A stretch of 64,000 nucleotides of DNA, taken from assembly GCA_051750505.1 (NCBI GenBank), contig JBNJJS010000003.1, positions 238,715 to 302,714 of the forward strand, read 5' to 3'. The first letter of the stretch is position 1. The number at the start of each line of letters is the position of its first letter. Made by a program: the position numbers and the translations under genes. The notes beneath the pieces were generated by a model. The model made no database searches and had not been told where the DNA came from. It saw only the letters and a program-made list of their open reading frames with translations. Shown in pieces: positions 21,105 through 31,551 of this stretch. Source of the stretch: Bacillota bacterium. GTDB lineage: Bacteria; Bacillota; Bacilli; Bacillales_A; Planococcaceae.

Positions 21105-23789
21105 TCAACGGAACACTTCTTCGACATCTTCTTCCGTAATTAGAACCGTTCTGGCTTTGCTGCCGTTCTGCTCGGAAATGAATCCGTATTCTTCGATCAA
21201 ATCCATCAAACGCGCTGCACGATTATAGCCGATATGGAATTTCCGCTGCAATAATGAAGTTGAAGCGCTACCTTGTGACATGATGAAGCGGCAGGCATCT
21301 TCGAATAAATCGTCCTGTTCAGCAGGAGATTGGCTGCGCTGGATCAATTCTTCTTCTTTGAAGATATAATCGGGCTCTCCCTGGGCTCGGACATGATCGA
21401 TGACTTTTTCGATTTCATCATCCGTCACAAATGTGCCTTGTAGCCGGTTAGGGGCGGACATGCCATTGCCCAAGTAAAGCATATCCCCGCGTCCAAGCAA
21501 TCGCTCAGCTCCTTGCGTATCCAAAATCGTCCGGCTGTCGACTTGTGAAGAAACGGAAAAGGCTATACGTGTCGGGATATTGGATTTGATCAAGCCCGTG
21601 ATGACGTCTACTGACGGGCGTTGCGTTGCGATCACCAAATGAATTCCGCAGGCACGCGCTTTTTGGGCTATGCGGCAAATGGAATCTTCTACATCTGAAG
21701 GCGACATCATCATCAAATCGGCCAATTCGTCGATGACGATCAGGATATACGGCAGATGCTGTGCCGGCTGCCCTTTATCATTGACCATTTTATTATAACG
21801 CTCCAGGTCACGGACTCCTGAATGGGCAAAAAGCTGATAGCGGCGCTCCATTTCTTCCACTGCCCATTTCAAGGAAGCGGTCGCTGCCTTGACGTCTGTG
21901 ATGACCGGGCTGACTAAGTGGGGGATATGGTTATAAGGTGCCAATTCAACCATCTTCGGGTCGATCAATAACATTTTCAAGTCACGCGGCGATGATTGGT
22001 AAAGCAGACTGATCAGCAGTGAATTGATGCATACGCTTTTCCCGGATCCCGTTGCCCCGGCTATCAGGCCATGAGGCATTTTACGCAAATCGAGAGTTAC
22101 CGGATTTCCGGCAAGGTCAAGGCCTAGAGCCGCTTCAAGCGGTGACCCCGAAGTTTTGAAATTCGGGCTTCCAATGACTTCTGATAAGCGGACCGCACGG
22201 CTTTGCCGGTTCGGTATCTCGATGCCGATTGAACTTTTCCCCGGAATCGGTGCTTGTATGCGGATATCCCTTGCTGCAAGCGCCAATTTCAAATCATCCG
22301 CCAAGTTGCGGATTTTACTGACTTTGATTCCTTGTGCAACGCGCAGTTCAAAGCGGGTGACGGCCGGCCCTTGCACCGTTCCGACAATTTCCGCCTTGAT
22401 CTGGAAATGGGACAAAGCTTCGATGAGCCGTTGACCTTGTTCAACCATCCAAGTTTCATCTTTCAAGTCATTTTCAGGTTCCAATAGATACTCCGGGCCT
22501 GGCAATTGATAGCCGGCATGGCTAATTTCAGCTTTATTTACTGGATCAGCTGCGGTTTCCTCTATTAATGCCGTTTTTTTTTCCGTTGTCGGCGCTTGCT
22601 GTTGTTTCGGCAAGCGTTCTTTATCGGATTTCAGCATAAGCACGTTAAATGGCACTGTTTTTTCTTTTTTGCCTTTTTCCTGTGTTTTTGGCTGCGGCAA
22701 TACCCGTTTCGCTTGTGGGGTATGTACTTGCTCTTCATGCTCGGCTTCTCGGATGGCTTCCGGTTGCTCAGCATTTTGTGTTTTGCTTTGTGTTTCTGCC
22801 TCTGTTGCAATTTCTGTCTCTGTCTCGATTTCTGTTTCTGCTTCTATATCCGTTTCCGTTTCCAGGAGCACAGGATCTTCCAGATGCTCAGCCTTATCAG
22901 GCGCAGGTTGTGACATCTCGTCTGTTTGTTCAGCGGCCACAATAGAATCCATGCGCTCTGATTTTTGTTCTGGATCAGCCGTACGGTAAACTGTCACATC
23001 TGATTCAGCCGTCTTTTTTTCAGCCTTCTGGTTTTTCGGCAACAGGTCCTGCAAGCTGCGATCTGCCCATTCATACTGGGGTTCAGGTTTTTTCTCCGGC
23101 TGCTGATCCTCTGACATTTCCGCCTTTTCAGTCGTTTTATCAGCTGGCGATACAGTTTCGGCAGGTTTTTCCTGAACATCTACCGGCTTATATACTGACT
23201 TTATTGTTGACTGCTGCGGTTTAACCGCCGGCGGTGCTTGTTCATCGCTTTTCTTATACAATTCCTGCAGGCTGCGCTGCGACCAGTCGTTTTTCCGTTC
23301 AAGTTCCGCTCTCTTCTTAGCTTCCTGTTCCAATAGTTCATCGATCGGGGCCGGGCGGTCAGTAAACCCGTGGACTGGAGAAGCTACACGCGTTGGCTGG
23401 AAACGTCGAGTGGTATTTCCTGGGAGGTCAAGGCCTTGTGGCTCTGCTGTTTTAGGTACATGGGGACGTTTCTTTTTGCTGCGGCCTGTATTCGGTTTCG
23501 GTAATTTCCCGCTCGGTTCCAATGCATCAAGTTCATACGGGCTTTCCTCAGCATCTTTGGCAGGCGCATCATGCGCCTTTTTTTCTTCACGCCGGTCAAC
23601 TTTCCGGTTTTCTGCAGGCAAGCCCTTCACTTCCTCATCGGAAATAAGAGGGAAACGGAATGGTGCCGGCTTGCTTTCCTGCTGCTTCGGCTCGACCCGT
23701 TGAGTTTCCTCGCTGCGCGAGACCGGCTTTTCTTCTGTTTCCGTGTCTTCTGCAAACATTTTGTTCCACATATTTTTCATCCAGCTCAT
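21105..23789 (-). CDS. sftA: Soluble FtsK-family DNA translocase SftA (YtpT)
   Basis: Walker A GATGSGKS, IDELADLM, ATQRPSVDVITG, gamma domain GYNRAARL; no N-terminal TM segments. Confidence 0.93.
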   Translation of the reverse strand: MSWMKNMWNKMFAEDTETEEKPVSRSEETQRVEPKQQESKPAPFRFPLISDEEVKGLPAENRKVDRREEKKAHDAPAKDAEESPYELDALEPSGKLPKPNTGRSKKKRPHVPKTAEPQGLDLPGNTTRRFQPTRVASPVHGFTDRPAPIDELLEQEAKKRAELERKNDWSQRSLQELYKKSDEQAPPAVKPQQSTIKSVYKPVDVQEKPAETVSPADKTTEKAEMSEDQQPEKKPEPQYEWADRSLQDLLPKNQKAEKKTAESDVTVYRTADPEQKSERMDSIVAAEQTDEMSQPAPDKAEHLEDPVLLETETDIEAETEIETETEIATEAETQSKTQNAEQPEAIREAEHEEQVHTPQAKRVLPQPKTQEKGKKEKTVPFNVLMLKSDKERLPKQQQAPTTEKKTALIEETAADPVNKAEISHAGYQLPGPEYLLEPENDLKDETWMVEQGQRLIEALSHFQIKAEIVGTVQGPAVTRFELRVAQGIKVSKIRNLADDLKLALAARDIRIQAPIPGKSSIGIEIPNRQSRAVRLSEVIGSPNFKTSGSPLEAALGLDLAGNPVTLDLRKMPHGLIAGATGSGKSVCINSLLISLLYQSSPRDLKMLLIDPKMVELAPYNHIPHLVSPVITDVKAATASLKWAVEEMERRYQLFAHSGVRDLERYNKMVNDKGQPAQHLPYILIVIDELADLMMMSPSDVEDSICRIAQKARACGIHLVIATQRPSVDVITGLIKSNIPTRIAFSVSSQVDSRTILDTQGAERLLGRGDMLYLGNGMSAPNRLQGTFVTDDEIEKVIDHVRAQGEPDYIFKEEELIQRSQSPAEQDDLFEDACRFIMSQGSASTSLLQRKFHIGYNRAARLMDLIEEYGFISEQNGSKARTVLITEEDVEEVFR

Positions 23790-23791
23790 CG

Positions 23792-24400
23792 TTACACCTT
23801 CATTTCAAATGGAGATCCTGTTTGTGCATCCTCAGGCAACACCAAAATTCCTTTTTCTGCTGGTGCGTCCGGCAAGTCCAATTCTTTCGCTGAGCAGATC
23901 ATGCCGCTTGAAGCGACGCCGCGCAGTTCCGCATCGCGGATAACCATCCCCGACGGCATAACGGCTCCCACTTTGGCAACGACGACTTTCTGTCCTGAGT
24001 CGACATTCGGAGCCCCGCAGACGATCTGCAAAGTTTCTTCGCCGACCGCCACTTGGCACACATTCAATTTGTCGGCATTCGGATGCTTTTCTTTTGATTC
24101 CACGTAGCCGACGACGAATTTCGGAGTCAAATCGACTTCCAGTGTATACGAGACACCGTTCTTCTCCAGCGCATTTTGAAGCGCTGTCACCAATGATTCC
24201 GTTACTTCCACAGGCTGGCCTTCCGGCAAGTCTACATAATCGCTTGCCTGGAACAAGTTGAAACCTGCAATCTCCTGCTGTTCATTTTTGATCAAAGTTA
24301 CATCGCCGAACTGTTCAGCATGGATTTTTTCTGGTTTCTCGAGAACCAATTGGACGAGCAATACGTCGCCGACACCTTGTTTGTTATAGAATGCATTCAT
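23792..24400 (-). CDS. ytpR: tRNA-binding EMAP-domain protein YtpR
   Basis: HPNADKL, QIVCGAPNV, LRGVASSGMICS. Confidence 0.93.
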   Translation of the reverse strand: MNAFYNKQGVGDVLLVQLVLEKPEKIHAEQFGDVTLIKNEQQEIAGFNLFQASDYVDLPEGQPVEVTESLVTALQNALEKNGVSYTLEVDLTPKFVVGYVESKEKHPNADKLNVCQVAVGEETLQIVCGAPNVDSGQKVVVAKVGAVMPSGMVIRDAELRGVASSGMICSAKELDLPDAPAEKGILVLPEDAQTGSPFEMKV

Positions 24401-25212
24401 TTTTTATCGTTCTCCTTATCCGGTCTGTTTTTCGCTAAGATGAATATCGGTTCAAGCTCGTCGTTTTCATAGACGAATGATAGTGATGTAATCGGCACTT
24501 TGCCGTTCGTAAAGAACTGCATCGCCATTTGCGCAAGGACGTCATATCCGGTTTCATTGCGGATATCGCCGATGATCAAGACATCCTGATGGGGAACTGA
24601 AACGGTCATATCCCCTTTTATTTTCTTTTTCATGTCTTTAAGAAAAGCTTCATTTAATATACGGGACGCATCGTACCCGTCGTTTTCATTCAAGAAATAA
24701 AAAACATTCCCTGCTACGTGATCTTCTTTGACGGCAGTTTTTAATTTTTTCACTTGGAATTTGGCGATTTCCTGGACTTGCTCAGCAGTCATCCCTAAAG
24801 TCTCCAGCACATATTGATCAATCAGGCGATAGGTCGTGCCTGCATCAAGCGCATAATAGATCCGCGTCTCTGCAGTATGTGGCGCTGTCAGGAACTCATG
24901 GCCTTCACTCGATTCTTCCGGAAAGGAAGTTGAACGGATTACAGGATAAATATGCTGTCCGCCGGGCAATTTCCCGTCTGCTTCCCGCTCCATCGCGCCA
25001 AAGGTTTCCGAAATCGTATAGACAATTTCTTCAATGGCAGTATCGCCTTTCGATTCAAAACGGTTCAGCACTTGCGGCAGGGAAATGGTCATCCCTTTGC
25101 CAAGCTTCTTATGTCTAACATTTGCTGTATCTTTTTCGCGGTCCAGAACCCAGCTTAATTGCTCATTTCCAGTCCGCTCTTTCAGTATAGTAAATAACTC
25201 GGTGGATTTCAT
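24397..25212 (-). CDS. ytpQ: DUF1444 family protein YtpQ
   Basis: IYPVIRSTSFP, NDGYDASRILN, VPHQDVLIIGD. Confidence 0.9.
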   Translation of the reverse strand: MKSTELFTILKERTGNEQLSWVLDREKDTANVRHKKLGKGMTISLPQVLNRFESKGDTAIEEIVYTISETFGAMEREADGKLPGGQHIYPVIRSTSFPEESSEGHEFLTAPHTAETRIYYALDAGTTYRLIDQYVLETLGMTAEQVQEIAKFQVKKLKTAVKEDHVAGNVFYFLNENDGYDASRILNEAFLKDMKKKIKGDMTVSVPHQDVLIIGDIRNETGYDVLAQMAMQFFTNGKVPITSLSFVYENDELEPIFILAKNRPDKENDKK

Positions 25213-25276
25213 TCCTAATTTCCTCCTTTTCATAAACAAACGGCTCTTCCTGCACACAGGAGAACCGTTTTGTCAT

Positions 25277-25594
25277 TCATTTCGACAGCTCAGAGATAAA
25301 CGATTCAATTTCCTGCTGCGTCTTGCGGTCTCGGCTGACAAAGCGCCCTCGCTCTTGTCCTCCGCGGAATCCCAAGAAACTCGGGATTCCGTAAATATCT
25401 TTTTCGATGCATAGATCGATGAATTCGTCCCGGTTCACCGAAACAAATGTGTATTCAGGGAATTTCCCTTCTATGTCGGGCATGATAGGATCGATCACCC
25501 GGCAATCCGGGCACCAGTCTGCTGTAAACATGAATACGACGTTTTCGTTAGTGGCGAGCTCTGTGAATTGTTGAGTTGATTGTAATTTTTCCAT
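25277..25594 (-). CDS. ytpP: Thioredoxin-like protein YtpP
   Basis: FTADWCPDC, DRKTQQEIESF. Confidence 0.92.
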   Translation of the reverse strand: MEKLQSTQQFTELATNENVVFMFTADWCPDCRVIDPIMPDIEGKFPEYTFVSVNRDEFIDLCIEKDIYGIPSFLGFRGGQERGRFVSRDRKTQQEIESFISELSK

Positions 25595-25599
25595 TGTTT

Positions 25600-26118
25600 T
25601 CACTCCTCTTGTGCAGCTTCGATCGAACGGGTAGTTTTCATCATCCATTCCATATGGTGGCGAAGCGCAGATTGCTCTGTAATCGTTGATAATTTCGCGC
25701 CCCCTGAACTGACGACCAGTTCATAACGGTCTTCTGCAATCGCCCGTACAGTGACAAATCCGAACCGGCCGTGCCGGCTGAATTTCTCATCGGCGAGCCA
25801 TGTTTCTTCGGGATTCGCCTTTTGCAAATCATAGAAGAACGTGCTGTCCGGTGCTTCGTTTGGATTGAGGAACAATGCAAACGCTTGGCTGCCGCGGGTG
25901 ATCAATACATTATGATCATCTGAAGGCTCTTCCACTTCATAGCCTCCAGGTACATACAGTTCCGTTTCGCCGGCCGTCTCATTCGGTTCCGGCGCCTCCT
26001 CTTCAAATGCCGCCCTGGCGCTGGACACGCCTTCCACCAGTTCGTCCTCAGGACTCACACAGCCGGCGAGGACAAGCACTGCCGAAAACAACATCATTGG
26101 TAAACCCATTCGAAGCAC
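25600..26118 (-). CDS. Hypothetical lipoprotein
   Basis: GTG start after GAGGGGG RBS; hydrophobic stretch plus lipobox LAGC; no family recognised. Confidence 0.7.
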   Translation of the reverse strand: MLRMGLPMMLFSAVLVLAGCVSPEDELVEGVSSARAAFEEEAPEPNETAGETELYVPGGYEVEEPSDDHNVLITRGSQAFALFLNPNEAPDSTFFYDLQKANPEETWLADEKFSRHGRFGFVTVRAIAEDRYELVVSSGGAKLSTITEQSALRHHMEWMMKTTRSIEAAQEE

Positions 26119-26243
26119 AGCTTTTCCCCCTCTTATTTCCCAGCATTTTTTGCACACTTCCCGGACAAGTCCGAAAGCAGGCATGAATGAATAAGCTTTT
26201 CTTTTCTAGCTACATTTTAAAGATGTTTATGGGCACATGCAAC

Positions 26244-26753
26244 TTAATCGCTGTTTGCCTGCCATTGCCCGAACAATAAGATGACGATTTGAGAAAACAA
26301 TTCGACACGGTTCAGTTTTCCTGCGGTCAAAATACCGATTGCCCCTTTATGATGGCGGATGCCGGTTTCCTGTGCATAGCGGTCCATTACAGGGCCGAGT
26401 TCTTCACCCTCACGCAATGGCTGTTCGATTTCCGAAGGCAACGGCACTTGCGCACCGCCTGCAACATAAACGGCTCCAGTGGACGTAACGAGGGCTCCCC
26501 AATTGCACAGATACAATGTCCCGTCGAGTTCAAAGACGCCGCCTTCCAATCCGATTGCCGCGTCACAACCGGCGAGAGCACGATGCGCTCGGTTGATCGC
26601 ACCTTTTTTTGTTTCTTCAATGGAAAAAGGCTGCGCCGAAACGCCAGAATCTGCCGCTTGTTGTTTGATTTCTGCCTGAATGCCTAATTTCTCAAGAGCT
26701 GATGCGACTGCCCCGGTTTTAGCCGGATTGGTCGATGCCACACATAATTTCAT
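26244..26753 (-). CDS. DUF84/YjjX family non-canonical purine NTP phosphatase
   Basis: STNPAK, SGVSAQP, GAINRA, IGLEGG, GAIGILT. Confidence 0.85.
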   Translation of the reverse strand: MKLCVASTNPAKTGAVASALEKLGIQAEIKQQAADSGVSAQPFSIEETKKGAINRAHRALAGCDAAIGLEGGVFELDGTLYLCNWGALVTSTGAVYVAGGAQVPLPSEIEQPLREGEELGPVMDRYAQETGIRHHKGAIGILTAGKLNRVELFSQIVILLFGQWQANSD

Positions 26754-26827
26754 ATTTGCCTCTCCTTTGCATCACGTCAAATTTTTATTCGTAACCAGAT
26801 GAAAAGCGGCCCGGGGGCCGCTTTTCG

Positions 26828-27901
26828 TCAGACGTTTTGTTTGATTGTGTCGATCGTCGACTGGTCTGTTGCTTTCACCAGTTTCACGAGCAGCTCTTTG
26901 GCCGCTGCGTAATCGTCGGTATGGATGACCGAAGCCGACGTATGGATATAGCGTGAGCAGATACCGATGACGGAACTCGGGATCCCTTCATTGGCGATGT
27001 GGACTTTCCCTGCATCCGTGCCGCCTTGAGAGACGAAATACTGATACGGGATGTTATGCGTTTCGGCAGTATCCAAAATGAATTCGCGCATGCCGCGGTG
27101 TGTGACCATCGTGCGGTCCAGGATGCGCAAGAGCGCCCCTTTGCCGAGCTGGCCGAATTCGTTCTTGTCCCCTGTCGCATCGTTTGCGGGGCTCGCGTCA
27201 AGCGCATAGAAAATATCCGGCTGGATCAAATTGGCTGCCGTCTGTGCACCGCGAAGGCCCACTTCTTCCATGACCGTCGCGCCGGAGAACAATTGGTTCG
27301 GCAAGGACTCGCCTTGCAATTCTTTCAACAACTCGACCGCTAATCCGCAGCCATAGCGGTTATCCCATGCTTTGGCCATGATTTTCTTGTCATTGGCCAT
27401 CGGCGTGAACGGGCTGAATGGCACGATTTGCTGTCCAGGGCGAACGCCCATCGACAGCGCGTCTTCTTTATCATCTGCCCCGATATCGATCAGCATGTTC
27501 TTGATGTCCATCGGCTTTTTACGGGTCTCTTCATCCAATAAATGCGGAGGGATCGAACCGACGACGCCAGGAATGATCCGTTCTCCTGCGATTACATCAA
27601 CACGCATGGCGAGCATCACTTGATTCCACCAGCCGCCGAGTGGCTGAAAGCGCAGCATGCCGTTGTCGGTGATCTGCGTTACCATGAAGCCGACTTCATC
27701 CATATGTCCCGCCACCATGACTCGCGGGCTATCTTGTGGGCCATTTTTTACGCCAAAAATACTTCCCAGATTGTCCTGGATGATGTCGTCCGAATATTTT
27801 TCCAGCTCGCCGCGCATAAATTTGCGCACCGCATGTTCGTTGCCCGGCGCTCCCAGAAGCTCAGTTAGAGTTTTGAATAATGCTCTTGTATCCTGATTCA
27901 T
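26828..27901 (-). CDS. ytoP: M42 family aminopeptidase
   Basis: [35 protein letters not shown]. Confidence 0.93.
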   Translation of the reverse strand: MNQDTRALFKTLTELLGAPGNEHAVRKFMRGELEKYSDDIIQDNLGSIFGVKNGPQDSPRVMVAGHMDEVGFMVTQITDNGMLRFQPLGGWWNQVMLAMRVDVIAGERIIPGVVGSIPPHLLDEETRKKPMDIKNMLIDIGADDKEDALSMGVRPGQQIVPFSPFTPMANDKKIMAKAWDNRYGCGLAVELLKELQGESLPNQLFSGATVMEEVGLRGAQTAANLIQPDIFYALDASPANDATGDKNEFGQLGKGALLRILDRTMVTHRGMREFILDTAETHNIPYQYFVSQGGTDAGKVHIANEGIPSSVIGICSRYIHTSASVIHTDDYAAAKELLVKLVKATDQSTIDTIKQNV

Positions 27902-28077
27902 TTTGGTTCCCCCTTGATAAAATATGTATGTGCATCCTTTATCAGTTTAGAGCTTTTTCCCTTTGAATGCCAGTTCAGATAGTTCGTTTAACGAAATATT
28001 TCGGGTGTTTGTGCTTCATTGGGTGTATTTTTCCTCTTTATGGTACAATTTAGCCAGAATGCAGAGGAGGGGTTTTC

Positions 28078-28392
28078 ATGAAAAATCGTGATTTGCTCAT
28101 TGGATTTGCTGCCGGCGCAGCCGCAGCCTATATCGCAAAGGAAGTTTACGAAAGCAAGCAGACGCTCTATCCGGCCGACGATGTATTGAAGAAAGTAAAA
28201 CAGTCTTTTAAAGAGGAAGGGCCAATCGATGGTTCTTGGATCTTTATGAAAACCGAGCCTTACAGCCAGCACGCTGTAACGACCGAGGTGTATAAAGGCG
28301 GCATCACCCGCCATCGCGACGACGAACTCGAGCAGTACGAGTTTCTAGCCGATGCCTACACCGGAGCTGTCTTGGAAGTCACCAAATCCTAG
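28078..28392 (+). CDS. ytzB: PepSY-domain membrane-anchored protein YtzB
   Basis: N-terminal TM, GPIDGSWI, YEFLADAYTGAVL. Confidence 0.85.
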   Translation: MKNRDLLIGFAAGAAAAYIAKEVYESKQTLYPADDVLKKVKQSFKEEGPIDGSWIFMKTEPYSQHAVTTEVYKGGITRHRDDELEQYEFLADAYTGAVLEVTKS

Positions 28393-28445
28393 AGGAAAAA
28401 CCAATTCAAAACGCCCTGCGGATGTTCCGCAGGGCGTTTTGGCGT

Positions 28446-29303
28446 TTATTCAAATACTTTTTCTTTACGTTCCAGTGCATCGACGATTTCTTTACCGTCT
28501 TCATTCCACTTGATGATGCGGTAAAATGCATCGTGATAGAAGCTGAAATAGAAATTGCCCGGAAGCGCTTCTTTCATCAGCTTGTCTTTCGCATAGATCG
28601 AGTCCATCGGATAATCATCGAATGCCAAGACCCATAGCGGGTTTTGGTGGGCATGGGTCGGCATGATGTCTCCCATATGGAGGATCGTCTCCCCGTTCTG
28701 TTCAAGCTTGATGACGCTATGGCCGTTCGAATGGCCGCCCGTGTGGATCATCGTGATCGCATCGAACACCGTCACTTTGTCGGTAAAGGTTTCGACCTGC
28801 CCGATGATCGGCTCCCAGTTTTCTTTCCAATACGTATTGCGTGAGCGGATGTTCGGATTCTGCATTTCCTCCCACTCCACCGCCGATACGTATATTTTTG
28901 CATTTGGAAACGCAGATACGTATTCCTCGCCCTGCTTTTTCGTCAAGCCAGCTGCGTGATCGCCGTGAAGATGCGTCATCAGGACAGTATCGATATCTTC
29001 TGCCGTCAAGCCAAGCTCTTTCAGATCTTCGTCGACGCGCGATTCTGAGGATACGCCCAAGTTGCGCTTTTGGCGATCGGTCAGTTTGCCACTGCCGAGC
29101 CCGCTGTCGATGAGGATATTGTGGCCGTCAAACTGCACCAAAATAGGATGCGTCGGCAATTCGATCTGGTTCTGCTCGTTTGCCGGATAACGTTTCGACC
29201 ATACCACTTTCGGGACAACGCCGAACATCGTGCCTCCGTCCAGCCAAGTCGTTCCCCCATCGAGCCACGTTAACTCCATGTCGTGAAATTGAAATTTCTG
29301 CAT
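28446..29303 (-). CDS. ytnP: Metallo-beta-lactamase-fold hydrolase, YtnP (quorum-quenching lactonase family)
   Basis: [31 protein letters not shown]. Confidence 0.9.
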   Translation of the reverse strand: MQKFQFHDMELTWLDGGTTWLDGGTMFGVVPKVVWSKRYPANEQNQIELPTHPILVQFDGHNILIDSGLGSGKLTDRQKRNLGVSSESRVDEDLKELGLTAEDIDTVLMTHLHGDHAAGLTKKQGEEYVSAFPNAKIYVSAVEWEEMQNPNIRSRNTYWKENWEPIIGQVETFTDKVTVFDAITMIHTGGHSNGHSVIKLEQNGETILHMGDIMPTHAHQNPLWVLAFDDYPMDSIYAKDKLMKEALPGNFYFSFYHDAFYRIIKWNEDGKEIVDALERKEKVFE

Positions 29304-29328
29304 ACAAACTCCCCCTTATGAGTTGATG

Positions 29329-29976
29329 TTACGCTTGGAATTTCGCCTCCAGCCGGTAGATCGGCTGCCCTTTTTTCAAAAACTTCTCTTCATACTCCGT
29401 CATGATATTCCATTCCGGTTCATTGGCATGAAGATCCAGCGATACATCCCTCAATAACATACCATATTCGGAAATGCTCGTGAGCGAATATTCAAAAAGC
29501 CCGCGGTTATCTGTCTTGAAATGGATTTCGCCCCCTTCAGGCAGCACGCGTTCATACAATTTCAGGAAACTCTCGTGCGTCAAACGCCTTTTCGCGTGTC
29601 GAGTCTTCGGCCAAGGATCCGAAAAGTTCAAGTATACGCGGTCAATCTCCCCTGCTTCGAAAAACGATTCAAGCTCCTGTGCGTTCACTTGCAAGAGGCG
29701 CAGGTTCGGGATTCCGCCTTCCGGTTCAAGTGCCCCTTGAAGTGCCGTCACGATGACGCTTTCGAACAACTCGATTCCGATGTAATTGATATCCGGATTG
29801 GCTTGTGCCATTCCCGTAATGAAACGGCCTTTCCCGCTTCCGGCTTCGATATGGATCGGGCGGTCATTGCCGAACTCTTCGTGCCATTTGCCTTTTAGCG
29901 CTTCCGGATTCGGAATGACGATTTCCGGATGGGCTTCGATCAAATCCGCCGCCCATGGTTTATATCTTGCTCTCAT
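29329..29976 (-). CDS. trmB: tRNA (guanine-N7)-methyltransferase
   Basis: [31 protein letters not shown]. Confidence 0.97.
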   Translation of the reverse strand: MRARYKPWAADLIEAHPEIVIPNPEALKGKWHEEFGNDRPIHIEAGSGKGRFITGMAQANPDINYIGIELFESVIVTALQGALEPEGGIPNLRLLQVNAQELESFFEAGEIDRVYLNFSDPWPKTRHAKRRLTHESFLKLYERVLPEGGEIHFKTDNRGLFEYSLTSISEYGMLLRDVSLDLHANEPEWNIMTEYEEKFLKKGQPIYRLEAKFQA

Positions 29977-29997
29977 GTATAGACATCCTCTTTCTGA

Positions 29998-30909
29998 TTA
30001 TAATTTTGCTTGTTGCCATTGTTTTGCTGACACACGAAACTCGAGTGTTTCTTGCGCATCCGCGATTCCCGCGTCGTCCCCGTCCACATGGCGCGGCACT
30101 GGGCGATCCACGGCGAGCGAAAAACGCTTGCCGCTGAACTGCACGACTTCCGGAAATTTCGTATGGCTTCCGCTAAATACCGTACCAAAAACGGCCAGTA
30201 GTTTCAATCTCGGCAAGCCGTGGACGACCGTCAATTCGAGCTGGCCATCATGGACAGACGAGTGGGGCGAAATTTTCATGCCGCCCCCGAAATACGGCTG
30301 ATTGCTGACGGTTGCGAGCCATACATCCCCATAACTGAAAACTTCTCCACCCGATTCTACTGTCAGGCGGAACCTCTTGAATGTAAACAATGTTGTGACG
30401 ACAAAGATCAAATACGCCAATTTGCCGAGCCCGAGCTTATTCAACCATAGCTTCAGGCGTGAATGATTGACGGCACGTGCGACGGCGGCGTCAAAGCCGA
30501 TGCCGGAACTGCTGGCAAACAGCCGCTCCGGTATAGCGTCCACTTGCCCGATATCAGTCGGCAGTCCTGCAGGGCATTCCAAAAAACGCCGGATTTCCAC
30601 TGAAGAGGAAAAGCAACTGAACGTCCGCGCGAAATCATTGCCGGAGCCTGCTGGAACCGAGGCAACGAATAGATGTTCAGCCCCAGCCGCCGCTGCAGCA
30701 ATTTCACGCATCGTCCCGTCTCCGCCGAAACCGATCACCAAATGGTCATGTGCCTGCTGTTTCAACTGGCTGACCAATTGAAACGCATGTCCCGGAGACT
30801 GCGTCACGAATTGTTCGTACGGAAAATCGATCGTTCCGGAGAATTTACGCCATTTTGCAAGAGCAGCTCCGTTACCTGCTTTAGGATTGATGATGAAGAC
30901 AATATTCAT
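29998..30909 (-). CDS. ytlR: Diacylglycerol/lipid kinase family protein (YtlR-like)
   Basis: IINPKAG, GGDGT, PAGSGNDFAR, YFGGGMKISP, HVDGD; start at MNIVFI. Confidence 0.85.
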   Translation of the reverse strand: MNIVFIINPKAGNGAALAKWRKFSGTIDFPYEQFVTQSPGHAFQLVSQLKQQAHDHLVIGFGGDGTMREIAAAAAGAEHLFVASVPAGSGNDFARTFSCFSSSVEIRRFLECPAGLPTDIGQVDAIPERLFASSSGIGFDAAVARAVNHSRLKLWLNKLGLGKLAYLIFVVTTLFTFKRFRLTVESGGEVFSYGDVWLATVSNQPYFGGGMKISPHSSVHDGQLELTVVHGLPRLKLLAVFGTVFSGSHTKFPEVVQFSGKRFSLAVDRPVPRHVDGDDAGIADAQETLEFRVSAKQWQQAKL

Positions 30910-30926
30910 AGTGGGATTACGGACGC

Positions 30927-31463
30927 TTAAGCGTCGCCTTTCAATAGATAAGTTTGAATTTCCTTGTATCGCGGGGTTTCCCGCGGATGAATTTCGAACA
31001 ATGAGAACGATTCGACCGGAAACTCGAGCTCTTCCAGCTCTAATTTTTCTGGCAAGCTCCCGCCTCTCCATCGGCTTGCGAGCGTGATATGCGGCACAAA
31101 GGGTTTAGGGTCGGTTGAAAGCTTCAATGGCCCCAGCTGTTGCTGTACTGCCAATTGAAGCTCCATCAACTCAGGGCTGTCGGATAATGCTGCATAGACG
31201 ATGCGCGGGGTTTCTGGATTGCCGAAAGTCTTCACGCCATCTGTCCTCAAACGAAACGGCGTTTGACTGATCCGTTCCATCCGCTCAGCAATCTCTTCCA
31301 ATTCACCAAAACGGTCTTCCCCGATGAACACCAATGTAATATGCATATCGCCAGGCGGCGTCGAACGCTTATGGGTAGCCATCTCCCATGAATTTCTAGC
31401 TTGTGCGATTTTTTCTGCCGTTTCTTGTGGAATCCGGATTCCGATAAAATAATGTGTACTCAT
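30927..31463 (-). CDS. thpR: RNA 2',3'-cyclic phosphodiesterase (2H family, YtlP/ThpR)
   Basis: Two HITL (HxT) motifs. Confidence 0.88.
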   Translation of the reverse strand: MSTHYFIGIRIPQETAEKIAQARNSWEMATHKRSTPPGDMHITLVFIGEDRFGELEEIAERMERISQTPFRLRTDGVKTFGNPETPRIVYAALSDSPELMELQLAVQQQLGPLKLSTDPKPFVPHITLASRWRGGSLPEKLELEELEFPVESFSLFEIHPRETPRYKEIQTYLLKGDA

Positions 31464-31551
31464 TGTCATCACCTCTATTCATTATAACTGAGGGGCGCAA
31501 AAAAAGGACCGGCTGATTGCCGGTCCTGGGATTGTATAATAAGTGCAGGAT

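Noticed and set aside
27986-28008. SigB-like promoter for ytzB (GTTTAA-N11-GGGTGT)
   Set aside because: Spacer too short and -10 poor; a SigA extended -10 (TGGTACAAT near 28041) explains the promoter better.
30910-31071. N-terminal extension of the ytlR ORF in the ORF track
   Set aside because: Overlaps thpR in another frame; the family-typical start is MNIVFIINP at 30909.
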